From contig DASQKY010000030.1 in assembly GCA_035630295.1 (NCBI GenBank), positions 1,426 to 65,425 of the forward strand: DNA of 64,000 nucleotides, given 5' to 3'. This DNA comes from Acidimicrobiales bacterium (lineage in GTDB: Bacteria > Actinomycetota > Acidimicrobiia > Acidimicrobiales > Iamiaceae). Positions 35,467 through 44,886 of this stretch are shown piece by piece (within the stretch, counting starts at the first letter, position 1; each line of letters begins with the position of its first letter). Position numbers and translations under genes: made by a program. Below the pieces are notes generated by a model, which saw nothing but the letters and a program-made list of their open reading frames with translations, searched no databases and had not been told where the DNA came from.

Positions 35467-36417
35467 TCAGAAGTAGATGATCGACTCGGCCTTGGCCTCG
35501 GCGGCGTCCAGGTCGTCGGTGTAGGCCCCGGTGGAGAGGTACTTCCAGCCGCCGTCGCACACGATGAAGACGATGGTCCCCTCGTCGATGCGCTCGGCCA
35601 CCTTGGCCGCGCCGGCCAGCGCCGCCCCCGAGGAGATGCCGGCGAACAGGCCGGCCTCGGCCACCAGCCGGCGGGTCCACTCCAGGGACTCGCGGGGGCG
35701 GACGATGCGCTTGCCGTCGAGCAGCTCGAGCCCGCCCCACTTCTCGAACACGGGCGGGATGTAGCCGTCGTCGAGGTTGCGGAGGCCCTCGACCAGCTCC
35801 CCGGCCGGGGGCTCGACGGCCAGGATCTGTACCTCGGGCTTCTGCTCCCGCAGGTACGTGCCCACGCCCATGAGGGTGCCGCTGGTGCCCAGGCCGGCCA
35901 CGAAGTGGGTGATGTCGGGGACGTCGCGCAGGATCTCGGGACCGGTGGTCTCGTAGTGGGCCCGGGGGTTGGCCTCGTTGCCGTACTGGTACAGGAAGAC
36001 CCACTCGGGGTGCTGCGCGGCCAGGGCCTGGGCCCGCCGCACGGCACCGTTGGAGCCCTCGCCCCCGGGCGACAGGATGATCTCGGCGCCGAACACCTCC
36101 AGGAGCTGGCGGCGCTCGATGGAGACGTTCTCGGGGAGGACGATCTTCAGGGGGTAGCCCCGCAGCCGGCAGATCATGGCCATGGCGATGCCGGTGTTGC
36201 CCGACGACGGCTCGATGACGATGCTGCCCGGCTGCAGGGTGCCGTCGGCCTCGGCCTCGTCGATCATCTGGCGGGCGATGCGGTCCTTGACCGACCCGGC
36301 CGGGTTGCCGCCCTCCAGCTTGGCCAGGATGCGGACCCGGGGGTTCGGGCTCAGCGAGCTGACGTCGAGGATCGGGGTCTCGCCGATGAGCTCGGTGATC
36401 GATGCGTAGACGGCCAC
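35467..36417 (-). CDS. cysM: Cysteine synthase B / CysM-type PLP enzyme
   Basis: IGETP, KLEG.NPAGSVKDR, EPSSGNTG, QYGN.AN...HY.TTG.EI, GLGTSGT, GISSGA, CDGGWKYLSTG. Confidence 0.9.
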   Translation of the reverse strand: MAVYASITELIGETPILDVSSLSPNPRVRILAKLEGGNPAGSVKDRIARQMIDEAEADGTLQPGSIVIEPSSGNTGIAMAMICRLRGYPLKIVLPENVSIERRQLLEVFGAEIILSPGGEGSNGAVRRAQALAAQHPEWVFLYQYGNEANPRAHYETTGPEILRDVPDITHFVAGLGTSGTLMGVGTYLREQKPEVQILAVEPPAGELVEGLRNLDDGYIPPVFEKWGGLELLDGKRIVRPRESLEWTRRLVAEAGLFAGISSGAALAGAAKVAERIDEGTIVFIVCDGGWKYLSTGAYTDDLDAAEAKAESIIYF

Positions 36418-36483
36418 GGGGCGCTCCGGGGTGGATCGCGGACGGCCACCCGGAAACCCGAGTGGTTCGATCGGGAATCCTAC

Positions 36484-36927
36484 TCAGAACGGCCCGAGGA
36501 CCACCCTCTCCTCCCGGATCTGCCGGCCGTCGAGCAGGAACGACCGCAGCACCGGCGCCGCGTCCCGCAGGGACACGATGACGTAGTGCCAGCCCTCCAG
36601 CAGCGGGTTGTCGGCCCGGTCCACGTCGGTGGGCGAGGGCCACGCCTCCGAGTGGGTGTGGGAGTGGGCCACACCGACCACGTCGAGGCCCCGGGGCCCG
36701 AGCTGGCGGTCGGCGGCCAGGAACGCCTCGGGGCCGACGGTGTAGGTGCGGGACGAGGCGTCGTGGTTGCGGGCCGGGACGAAGGCCTCGACCGACGCGC
36801 AGGGCAGGCCGTCGGGGTCGGGCTCGGGCCGGGCCCGGCCCCCCAGCAGGCCGCAGGCCTCGTCGGGGAAGCCGCCGAGGGCGTGGGCCACCAGCAGGTC
36901 GCGGGCCGTCCGGTCGAGCGTCAGCAC
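36484..36927 (-). CDS. JAMM/MPN+ metallopeptidase (Mec/CysO-cysteine peptidase-like)
   Basis: P.EACGLL and an intact HSH-x7-S-x2-D motif (HSHTHSEAWPSPTD); HYVIVSL. Confidence 0.88.
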   Translation of the reverse strand: MLTLDRTARDLLVAHALGGFPDEACGLLGGRARPEPDPDGLPCASVEAFVPARNHDASSRTYTVGPEAFLAADRQLGPRGLDVVGVAHSHTHSEAWPSPTDVDRADNPLLEGWHYVIVSLRDAAPVLRSFLLDGRQIREERVVLGPF

Positions 36928-36985
36928 CCGGCGAGCGTACCGACCGGGACCCGGTCGCCAGCCGAACGGTAGCGTCGACCGTCCC

Positions 36986-37474
36986 ATGGCCCCCCGCCCC
37001 CCGGACGGCACCACCGTCGTCGCCACCAACCGCCAGGCCCGCCGCGACTTCGAGATCCTCGACACGTGGGAGGCCGGCGTGGTGCTGCGCGGCTCGGAGG
37101 TCAAGTCCCTGCGCGAGGCCAAGGTCACCCTGGCCGACAGCTACGCCCGGCTGATCGGCAACGAGGTGTGGGTGCTCGGCCTGCACATCACCCCCTACTC
37201 CCACGCTGCCCCCCACCTGGCCCCGGACCCGCGACGCGACCGCAAGCTCCTCCTCCACCGCCACCAGATCGACGTGATGCGCGACCGCCTGGCCCGCGAG
37301 CAGCTCTCGCTGGTGCCGCTCATGCTGTCCTTCAAGCAGGGGCGGGTGAAGCTGGAGATCGGCCTGGCCCGTGGCCGGCGCAAGGCCGACAAGCGCCAGG
37401 CCATCGCCACCCGCGACGCCGAGATGGAGGCCCGGCGGGCCATGGCCCGGGGCGGGCGGGGGCCACGAGGCTGA
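36986..37474 (+). CDS. smpB: SsrA-binding protein
   Basis: ATNRQAR.DF.I.DT.EAG.VL.GSEVKSLR, I.PY, R.RKLLLHR, LVPL, GLARG, DKR. Confidence 0.97.
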   Translation: MAPRPPDGTTVVATNRQARRDFEILDTWEAGVVLRGSEVKSLREAKVTLADSYARLIGNEVWVLGLHITPYSHAAPHLAPDPRRDRKLLLHRHQIDVMRDRLAREQLSLVPLMLSFKQGRVKLEIGLARGRRKADKRQAIATRDAEMEARRAMARGGRGPRG

Positions 37475-37627
37475 ACGCCGCCCTCACTCCTCGTGGGCGG
37501 AGGCGAAGCCCGCCGGGGGGACCGAGAACACGCAGGTCAGAGACCAACGCAGGCCGTCATCCGGCACGTGGGGACACCAGCGGTGTGGATCCTCCACCAC
37601 GCGCCGCGGCGGTGCCAGGATGCCCCG

Positions 37628-39187
37628 GTGCTCCTCCACGACCTGGCCCTGGGGCCGGGCACCGCCGCCGCAGCCCACCGTGACGCCATCCTGACCAGCG
37701 ACGGGGGCTGGAGCCGTGACGAGCTCCGCGACACCGTGCACTCCATGGTGCCACCGCTCGCCACCCTGGCCCCGCGGGGCGGCCGGATCGCGGTGGCCGC
37801 CGACGGGCGACCCGAGGTGGTGGGCCTGCTCCTGGCCATCCCCGCCGCCGGGCGGGTGGCCGTGCCCCTCAACACCCGTCTCACCCCCGACGACTTGGTG
37901 GCCCAGCTCGACGCGGCCGGCGTCGCCGCCATCATCGGCACCGCCGAGGAGCTCGGACGCCTGGCCCCGGTCCTGGGCCAGGCGGCGACGGTCAAGACCA
38001 GCGTGGGCCTCGACCCCGGGGCCGGCGACATCAGCCTGGCGGCCCTGGTGGCCGCCCCCGCCCCGGCGGCCGCCGTCGCCGAGGACGCCGCCGCCCCGGC
38101 CTGGGTCGTGTTCACCAGCGGGACCACCGGCCGGCCCAAGGGGGTGGTGCTGACGGCCCGCAGCCTGGGCGCGGCGGTGGCCACCACCGCCGCGGCCCGG
38201 CCCTTCGCCGACGACGACGTGTACCTCTACCCGTTCCCGCTCTACCACGTGTCGGCCTACAACGTGGTCCACGCCCTCCACCGGGGCCGACCCGTGGTCC
38301 TCCCCCGCCGCTTCGACCCGGCCGAGATCACCCGGCTGGCGGCCGAGCACGACGTGACCGTCATGTCGCTGGCGCCGACCATGCTGCGGCGGCTCCTCGA
38401 CCACCGGGCCCAGGCCCCCGACCCCACCGCCGCGCTGGCCGGGTTGCGCACAGTGGCCTACGGGGCCGCCCCCATGGCCCCGACCCTGCTGGCCGAGGCC
38501 CACGCCGCCCTGGGGGTCGACTTCGCCCAGGGCTACGGCATGACCGAGCTGTCGGGCAACGCGGTGTTCCTCTCCCCGGAGGACCACCGGCGGGGCCTGG
38601 ACGGCGAGGAGCACCTCCTGGCGGCCGCCGGCCGCCCCGGCCCCGGGGTCGAGCTGCGCCTGGTGGCCGAGGACGGGTCCGAGGTGCCGACCGGCACGCC
38701 GGGCGAGATCACGGTGCGGGGCGAGCAGGTCTGCGCCGGCTACTGGGACGAGCCCCAGGCCACCACCGAGCTCATCCGCGACGGGTGGCTCCACACCGGC
38801 GACGTCGGCGTGCTCGACGGGACCGGCCTGCTCACCGTCGTCGACCGGGCCAAGGACATCATCGTGAGCGGGGGCGAGAACATCTCCTCCCGCGAGGTGG
38901 AGGACCTGGTGGCCCAGCACCCGGCGGTGGACCGGGTGGCCGTGGTGGGCGTGCCCGACGACCGGTGGGGCGAGGCGGTGTGCGCCGCGGTGGTGCTCCG
39001 GCCCGGCACCAGTGACGACCGGACCAACCTCACCGCCGAGATCCTGGCCCTCACCGGAGCCCACCTGGCCGGTTTCAAGCGCCCCAAGCGGCTGGTGTTC
39101 GTCGACTCGCTGCCGGTCAACGCCAGCGGCAAGGTCAACAAGCCCGACCTCCGGCGCCGCCTGGCCGCCGGCCCCCAGCCCTACTGA
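37628..39187 (+). CDS. Acyl-CoA synthetase / AMP-binding (FadD-like)
   Basis: FTSGTTGRPKG, P.YHVS, QGYGMTE, GWLHTGDVG, DR.KD.I.SGGEN, SGKV. Start is estimated. Confidence 0.9.
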   Translation: MLLHDLALGPGTAAAAHRDAILTSDGGWSRDELRDTVHSMVPPLATLAPRGGRIAVAADGRPEVVGLLLAIPAAGRVAVPLNTRLTPDDLVAQLDAAGVAAIIGTAEELGRLAPVLGQAATVKTSVGLDPGAGDISLAALVAAPAPAAAVAEDAAAPAWVVFTSGTTGRPKGVVLTARSLGAAVATTAAARPFADDDVYLYPFPLYHVSAYNVVHALHRGRPVVLPRRFDPAEITRLAAEHDVTVMSLAPTMLRRLLDHRAQAPDPTAALAGLRTVAYGAAPMAPTLLAEAHAALGVDFAQGYGMTELSGNAVFLSPEDHRRGLDGEEHLLAAAGRPGPGVELRLVAEDGSEVPTGTPGEITVRGEQVCAGYWDEPQATTELIRDGWLHTGDVGVLDGTGLLTVVDRAKDIIVSGGENISSREVEDLVAQHPAVDRVAVVGVPDDRWGEAVCAAVVLRPGTSDDRTNLTAEILALTGAHLAGFKRPKRLVFVDSLPVNASGKVNKPDLRRRLAAGPQPY

Positions 39188-39274
39188 CCGGGCCTTGCGC
39201 CGGATGGGCGCCGGGCCCGGTACCCTGGACCGGCCCGCTCCGGCGGGCGCTGGACCTTGACATCACCAGCACTC

Positions 39275-39653
39275 GGGGCTGACCGGTTTCGACGTCGAGT
39301 CCGTGACCCCATCGTGCGACCGGAGTTGCTCAGACTCCTTAAACGGGGCACCCAAGTAAACGCCGATGGCGATTACGCTCTCGCCGCCTGACATCTAGTC
39401 GGGTGAAGAGAGACACAGCGACCAGCAATGGCACGCGGGGCCTGACCACGACAGCCCGGCAACAGAAGTCGTGGTGGACGGCGGGAGAGACCGCTGGCCG
39501 CAGGGAAAGACCGCTGACCGCTCGGAAAGACGAGCCGGTGCCGCAAGGCAGCCCACCCGGGGGCGCACCAGCCGCAGAGGTGCAGTCACGGGGATGGTCG
39601 TAGCGCGATCGGTGATCGCTTGGCGGACGGGGGTTCGATTCCCCCCAGCTCCA
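39275..39653 (+). ncRNA. ssrA: tmRNA; tag ORF 39362-39391 encodes (A)ADGDYALAA
   Basis: 5' GGGGCTG pairs with 3' CAGCTCC including the G3.U70 Ala determinant. GGGGG-TTCGATT-CCCCC T arm. AAGTAAAC-GCC resume context and YALAA* tag end. CCA not encoded (A then CGA). Confidence 0.95.
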
Positions 39654-39723
39654 CGACGGTGTCCTTACTCCAAACCCCGCTCAGAGAACGGGGACGGCAC
39701 TCGGGTGACCGCCCCCGGATGGG

Positions 39724-40071
39724 CTACAAGGCCAGATGCAGCCGGAGGGCGTCATCGAGGTCGGTGAGAAGAGAGGGGGTCAGCCGACCCAGCCGGCGGC
39801 CCACCCGCTCCACGGCGATCGACCGGACCTGCTCCGCCTGAGCTTTCGAGTCGCGCGGGAGACCCGTCCCCGATGCCGACAGGAACACCTGGAACGGATG
39901 GATGCGATCGATGGCCGAGGTCACGGGCACGACGGTCACCACACCCCGCCCGAGGCGGTGCGCCACAGCATTGGCTCCGTCATTGCTCACCACCACCGCT
40001 GGCCGACGCTTGTCGGCTTCCGCCCCGCGGGCTGGATCCAGATCGACGAGGCGAATCTCTCCCCGGTCCAT
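39724..40071 (-). CDS. mazF: MazF/PemK toxin (mycobacterial MazF9-like)
   Basis: RGEI..VDLDPARG.EA.K.RPAVVVSND.AN....RLGRGVVTVVPVTS, PFQV, SKAQAEQVRSI. Confidence 0.92.
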   Translation of the reverse strand: MDRGEIRLVDLDPARGAEADKRRPAVVVSNDGANAVAHRLGRGVVTVVPVTSAIDRIHPFQVFLSASGTGLPRDSKAQAEQVRSIAVERVGRRLGRLTPSLLTDLDDALRLHLAL

Positions 40072-40289
40072 CAGGAGATGCCGTCGGCGGCCGTGGCATC
40101 CCACAGCCCTGCAGCGTCGTCGCCACTCCACTCCTCCCAGGCCTGCTCGTAGGCCCCCTCCAGTTCCGAGAGGCGAAGGAGGTGCACAGCCTGCTGGACC
40201 ACGGCCGAGCGAGACCCCACCTGCCGCTGCTGGGCGAAGGTGTCGAGGAAGTCGACGTCCTCCTCGGACAGACTGATACTCAGCTTCAT
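40071..40289 (-). CDS. mazE: MazE-type ribbon-helix-helix antitoxin (MazE9-like)
   Basis: MKLSISLSEEDV..LD.......SRSA....A..LLR...LE..Y..AW.EW; TGATG coupling to the toxin. Confidence 0.88.
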   Translation of the reverse strand: MKLSISLSEEDVDFLDTFAQQRQVGSRSAVVQQAVHLLRLSELEGAYEQAWEEWSGDDAAGLWDATAADGIS

Positions 40290-40365
40290 ACTTTGAATGC
40301 TACCCAAAGTAGGCCTCGTGGCAGGTGTCGTCATGCTCGGCGTCGGTACCCCCAGTCTGGGCGGC

Positions 40366-41259
40366 TCACACCTGGGCGTTGGGCTCGAGCTCGGGGACGT
40401 GGGCTTCTCGGGGGCCGTCGGGGGTGGCGTAGGCGAGGACCACCGGGGGGACGCGGAGGTCGGGGTCGCTCTGGTAGCGCGACCGGATGGCGGGCAGGTC
40501 ACCGGAGAGGGTGAGGGCGGCCACCTCGTCCACCGCGGTGTCGCCGCCGGCCGGCGGGCCCACGCCGGCCAGGCCCTCGCCCCAACCGTCCCAGGGCAGC
40601 ACCTCCACCTTGTTCAGGGCGGCCAGGTCGCGGGCCACGTTGCCGGGGATGAACCACTGGCCCCACTGGTCCAGGATGCCGAAGGTGTCGCCGTCCTCCC
40701 GGCCGGCCCGACATCGCTGCCACGCCTCCCCGGCCGGCAGGAACCGGCCCGGGGGCAGGTCGGCGGGATCGACCTCCAGGCCGAAGGCCTGGCGTTGGAG
40801 GTCGTCGACCTGCGTGTCGAGAGTGACCCAGCGGTCGCCGTCCCAGCGCTCCACCACCCAGTGGTCGACCCACCTCCCGGCCTGGAAGTAGCCGGCGAAG
40901 CCGCACCGGGCCCGGCTCGGCACCCCGGCCCGCCGGAGGAGGGCGACCGTCAGCACCGAGATGTGCCGGCAGTTGCCCGGGAAGCGATCGATCGGAGCCC
41001 GGGCCTCGACCAGCGGGCGGGGGTCCAGCTCCAGCAGGCGCGCCACCATGCCCGCCGCCGGGCGAATCTGCGTGTCCCAGTGGCGCTCGGGCGGCAGCTC
41101 GACGCCGTACAGCGCCCCCAGGTGCGGGTGCAGCACCAGGCCCTGCACCGCGGCCACGATGCCCGCCGGGTCGGTGGGCATCCCCGACAGCGCCTCGTCC
41201 CACCGGCCGAGGCCCGTCAGCACCCCGGGGGTGGCGTAGAACTCCGGTTCGTCGACCAT
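40366..41259 (-). CDS. Transglutaminase-like domain protein
   Basis: GNCRH (Cys), ARCGFA.YF, DHW (His), LDTQ (Asp), D..TFG, RDLAALNKVE.LPWD.W. Start is estimated. Confidence 0.8.
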   Translation of the reverse strand: MVDEPEFYATPGVLTGLGRWDEALSGMPTDPAGIVAAVQGLVLHPHLGALYGVELPPERHWDTQIRPAAGMVARLLELDPRPLVEARAPIDRFPGNCRHISVLTVALLRRAGVPSRARCGFAGYFQAGRWVDHWVVERWDGDRWVTLDTQVDDLQRQAFGLEVDPADLPPGRFLPAGEAWQRCRAGREDGDTFGILDQWGQWFIPGNVARDLAALNKVEVLPWDGWGEGLAGVGPPAGGDTAVDEVAALTLSGDLPAIRSRYQSDPDLRVPPVVLAYATPDGPREAHVPELEPNAQV

Positions 41260-41352
41260 CAGGGGCACTCCGGGGCCGGAGGCGTCGGTCCGCCGCCGGT
41301 CGATGGTGGTCGATCCCCGCCCCGGCGCCACCACGGGCGGCCGGGGCCGGGC

Positions 41353-41937
41353 TCAGGCCAGCTCGTAGACGGTGGGGGCCCGGCCCCGACCGTGGTGATC
41401 GGGCTTGGGGCCCAGGCTGCGGGCCTTGCCGGCGGCGATCAGCTCGTCGACGGCCTTGCGCACCGTCTGCGGCGAGCCGCCGCCCGCGGCCTCGGCCAGC
41501 TCGGCCAGCGTGAACTGCCGTGGCATGCGGAGGGTGGCCGCCTTCAGCTCCTCGATCGACACCTTGGGCGCCCGCGACCCGGGTCCCCCGGCCGGCCGGG
41601 CGCCGGCCCGGCGACCCCGGCGGCCCCCGACCTCGAAACCGGCCCGGCGCAGCACCTCGTCCTCGACCCCGGCGGCCCGGAAGGCCGAGAGGGGGATGGA
41701 CTGGGCCTCGGCGTAGGCCTGGGCGTGGGCCACGAAGTCGGCGGTGACGGCCTCGGAGTCGGCCTGGCGGGCGTGCTCCAGGTCGGCCAGGGCGTGCAGC
41801 CGGGACAGCGGGTCGGCGGCCTCGGCCACCGCGGCCTCGGCCTTGGCGACCGCCTCCGCGTCAACGAGGGAGGTGGGGTCGTCCAGCCACTCGAGGTAGC
41901 GACGGACGGCAGCTTCGGGGGAGGGGGCACCAGGCAT
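41353..41937 (-). CDS. Hypothetical protein: helical N-terminal domain, basic linker, C-terminal winged HTH
   Basis: ATG 41937 within the long ORF. FTLAELAEAAGGGSPQTVRKAVDELIAAG......GRGRAPTVY. Confidence 0.65.
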   Translation of the reverse strand: MPGAPSPEAAVRRYLEWLDDPTSLVDAEAVAKAEAAVAEAADPLSRLHALADLEHARQADSEAVTADFVAHAQAYAEAQSIPLSAFRAAGVEDEVLRRAGFEVGGRRGRRAGARPAGGPGSRAPKVSIEELKAATLRMPRQFTLAELAEAAGGGSPQTVRKAVDELIAAGKARSLGPKPDHHGRGRAPTVYELA

Positions 41938-42060
41938 GGCCCGCACGTCTAGCAGACCGTGACCGCTCGTCCCAGCGCCCGAGGGCCCGGTCGGGCCGGC
42001 CCGGACGGCCACTAGCATCGGGGAGGTCATGCACCCGGGCCCCGACCAGCCGGCGCTCCG

Positions 42061-44886
42061 GTGACCGCTCTCCTCCTGGTCCACCTGGCCTCCGGCCTGG
42101 CCGCGGTGGCCTGGGGGGCCCGGCTGGGGCGACGGGCCCTGCTGCTCGGCGCACTGGGCCCGCTGGCCACCTCGGCCTGGCTGGCCACCCAGCTCCCCGG
42201 CGTGCTCGACGGCCGCCCGGTGGTCGAGGCCATCAGCTGGGTGCCGGCGCTGGGGATCGACCTCGACCTGCGCCTCGACGGGCTGGCCGCCCTCATGGTC
42301 GTGCTGGTGGCCGGCATCGGCGTGCTGGTCGTGGCCTACGCGGCCCGCTACCTGCCGGCCCAGGGGCCGGGGCTGGGCCGCATGGTCGGCCTGCTGGCCC
42401 TGTTCTCCGGGTCGATGCTGGGCCTGGTGGTGGCCGACAACCTGCTCGTCCTCTACGGGTTCTGGGAGCTGACGTCGGTCACGTCGTTCCTGCTCATCGG
42501 CAACGACCACCGCGACGGCAAGGCCCGGGCCGCCGCCCTCCAGGCCCTGCTGGTCACCGGGGCCGGGGGCCTGGCCATGCTGGCCGGGTTCGTGGCCCTG
42601 GGCCAGGCCGCCGGCACCTACCGGATCAGCGCCCTGCTGGCCGACCCGCCCGAGGTGGGCACCACGGTGGCCGCCGCCCTGGTGCTGATCCTGCTGGGGG
42701 CGTTCACCAAGTCGGCCCAGTACCCGTTCCACGGCTGGCTGCCCGGGGCCATGGTGGCCCCGACCCCGGTGAGCGCCTACCTGCACTCGGCCACCATGGT
42801 GAAGGCCGGCGTCTACCTGGTGGCCCGGCTGGCCCCCGCCTTCGCCGAGGTCGGGCTGTGGCGCCCCCTGGTTGTCACCGTGGGCATCGTCACCATGATC
42901 GGTGGTGGGCTGCGGGCCCTGCGCCAGACCGACCTGAAGCTCCTCCTGGCCCTGGGCACGGTCAGCCAGCTCGGCTTCATGACCGCGGTGTTCGGGTGGG
43001 GCACTCCCGAGGCCATGGCCGCCGGGTGCGTGCTGCTGCTGGGCCACGGGGCGTTCAAGGCCGCGGCCTTCATGGTGGTGGGCATCGTCGACCACCAGCG
43101 GGGCACGCGCGACGTGCGCCTGCTCCCCCGGCCCGGCCCGGGGTGGGGGCTGGTCGTGGCCGCCACCCTGGTGGCCGCCGGGTCCATGGCCGGGCTGCCC
43201 CTGGCCCTGGGCTTCGTGGGCAAGGAGGCCGCCTTCGCCGCCCTCGACCACGCCGGGGGCACCAGCGCCGCCCTGGCCCTGGCCGGCGTGGTGGCCGGCT
43301 CGATCCTGACCGCGGGCTACAGCGCCCGGTTCGCGGCGGGAGTCCTGGGCCGGCTGTCCCCCCCCGGCACCGCGGCCCCGGCCGGCGACCACGGCCCGCC
43401 CCCGTTCTCCTTCGTGGCCCCGGCCCTGGTCCTGAGCGGGGCCACGCTGGCCCTGGGCCTGGCCCCCGGCCTGGCCGACGGGCTGGTGGGCCGGGCCACC
43501 GACTCGCTGGCGCCCGGGGGCGAGGCCGTCCACCTCGCCCTCTGGCACGGCCTCGCCACCCCCCTGCTGCTCTCGGCGGTGGCCGTGGCCGGGGGCGCCG
43601 GCCTCCACCTCCTGCGCCGGGCCGTCGAGCCGGTCCTGGCCGCCGGGCACTTCGCCCTGGCCAGCTCGGCCGGCCTCTACGGCTGGTCCCTGCGGGGCCT
43701 GAACACGCTGGCCGACCGGGTCACCGGGGTGTCCCAACCGGGCTCGCTGCCCATCTACGTCGGGGTCATCGCCCTCACCGCCGCGGTGGTGCCCGGCGCC
43801 CTCCTGGTGTCGGGGCCGTGGTGGGGGGGCTGGCCCGAGCTGGTGGCCACCCCGGCCCACGTGCCGGTGGTGGCCCTGGTGGTGGGGGCCGCCCTGGCCG
43901 CCGCCCTGGTGCGCCGGCGCTTCACCGCCGCCCTGTTCCTGGGGGTGGCCGGCTACGCCATGGCCGGGCTGTTCGTGGTCCAGGGGGCCCCCGACCTGGC
44001 CCTCACCCAGGTGGCCATCGAGACCCTGACCACGGTGCTGTTCGTGCTCGTCCTGCGCCGCCTGCCCGACCGCTTCGAGCAGCGGACCCCGGCCGGGCGC
44101 CGGGCCCTGCGGCTGGCCGTGGCCGGTGGCGTGGGCCTCACCGTGTTCCTGCTGGCCTTGTCCACCGGGGCCGAGGACCCCCCCACCCCGGCCTCGGACA
44201 CCATGGTCGAGCAGGCCCTGCCCGCCGGCCAGGGCCGGAACGTGGTCAACGTGATCCTGGTCGACTTCCGGGGCTTCGACACCCTGGGCGAGATCATCGT
44301 CCTCACCGCGGCGGCCATCGGCACCGTGGCCCTGGCCCGGGCCGGCCGGCGGCCGGTGGGGACGACGGGAGCGCCCGGGGGGGCCGGACGCCGCGCCCGG
44401 GGGCCCGTGCCCCCGCCGGTCCGGCTCAGCCGTTTGGTGACCCTCGAGGTGTCCACCCGGGTGGTGTTCACCGCGGTGATGGTGGGGTCGCTGTACCTCC
44501 TCTTCGCCGGCCACAACCAACCCGGGGGCGGCTTCGCCGGGGGCATCGTGGCCGGGGCGGCCGTCGCCCTGCGCTACGTCAACGGCGGCATCGCCGAGGT
44601 CCGACGCCTGTCCCGATCCCAGCCGTGGACGGTGCTGGGCAGCGGGGTGCTGATCGCCGCCGCGGTGGCCCTGGTGCCCCTCCTCCTGGGCGGGGCGGTG
44701 CTGGAGACCGGCTCGCTCACCCTCACGCCCCCGCTGCTGGGGACGGTCAAGCTCACCTCGGCCCTGGCCTTCGACGTCGGCGTGTACCTGGCCGTGGTGG
44801 GCCTGGCCCTCATGGTCTTCGAGTCCTTCGGCGACGACCCCCGCCCCGGCGACGACGCCCGCCCGAACCACGAGGCCCCGGTGTGA
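42061..44886 (+). CDS. mrpA: Mrp/Mnh Na+(K+)/H+ antiporter fused subunit A+B
   Basis: LDGLA..M, WELTSVTSFLLIG, AFTKSAQ.PFH.WLP.AM.APTPVSAYLHSATMVKAG, APDLALTQ, NVILVDFRGFDTLGE, GHNQPGGGF.GG, FD.GVY. Confidence 0.95.
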   Translation: MTALLLVHLASGLAAVAWGARLGRRALLLGALGPLATSAWLATQLPGVLDGRPVVEAISWVPALGIDLDLRLDGLAALMVVLVAGIGVLVVAYAARYLPAQGPGLGRMVGLLALFSGSMLGLVVADNLLVLYGFWELTSVTSFLLIGNDHRDGKARAAALQALLVTGAGGLAMLAGFVALGQAAGTYRISALLADPPEVGTTVAAALVLILLGAFTKSAQYPFHGWLPGAMVAPTPVSAYLHSATMVKAGVYLVARLAPAFAEVGLWRPLVVTVGIVTMIGGGLRALRQTDLKLLLALGTVSQLGFMTAVFGWGTPEAMAAGCVLLLGHGAFKAAAFMVVGIVDHQRGTRDVRLLPRPGPGWGLVVAATLVAAGSMAGLPLALGFVGKEAAFAALDHAGGTSAALALAGVVAGSILTAGYSARFAAGVLGRLSPPGTAAPAGDHGPPPFSFVAPALVLSGATLALGLAPGLADGLVGRATDSLAPGGEAVHLALWHGLATPLLLSAVAVAGGAGLHLLRRAVEPVLAAGHFALASSAGLYGWSLRGLNTLADRVTGVSQPGSLPIYVGVIALTAAVVPGALLVSGPWWGGWPELVATPAHVPVVALVVGAALAAALVRRRFTAALFLGVAGYAMAGLFVVQGAPDLALTQVAIETLTTVLFVLVLRRLPDRFEQRTPAGRRALRLAVAGGVGLTVFLLALSTGAEDPPTPASDTMVEQALPAGQGRNVVNVILVDFRGFDTLGEIIVLTAAAIGTVALARAGRRPVGTTGAPGGAGRRARGPVPPPVRLSRLVTLEVSTRVVFTAVMVGSLYLLFAGHNQPGGGFAGGIVAGAAVALRYVNGGIAEVRRLSRSQPWTVLGSGVLIAAAVALVPLLLGGAVLETGSLTLTPPLLGTVKLTSALAFDVGVYLAVVGLALMVFESFGDDPRPGDDARPNHEAPV

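Noticed and set aside
39640-41350. Integrated element at ssrA bounded by attL/attR
   Set aside because: No second copy of the ssrA 3' end and no integrase were found by eye, so no mobile-element feature is called; only the TA islet is reported.
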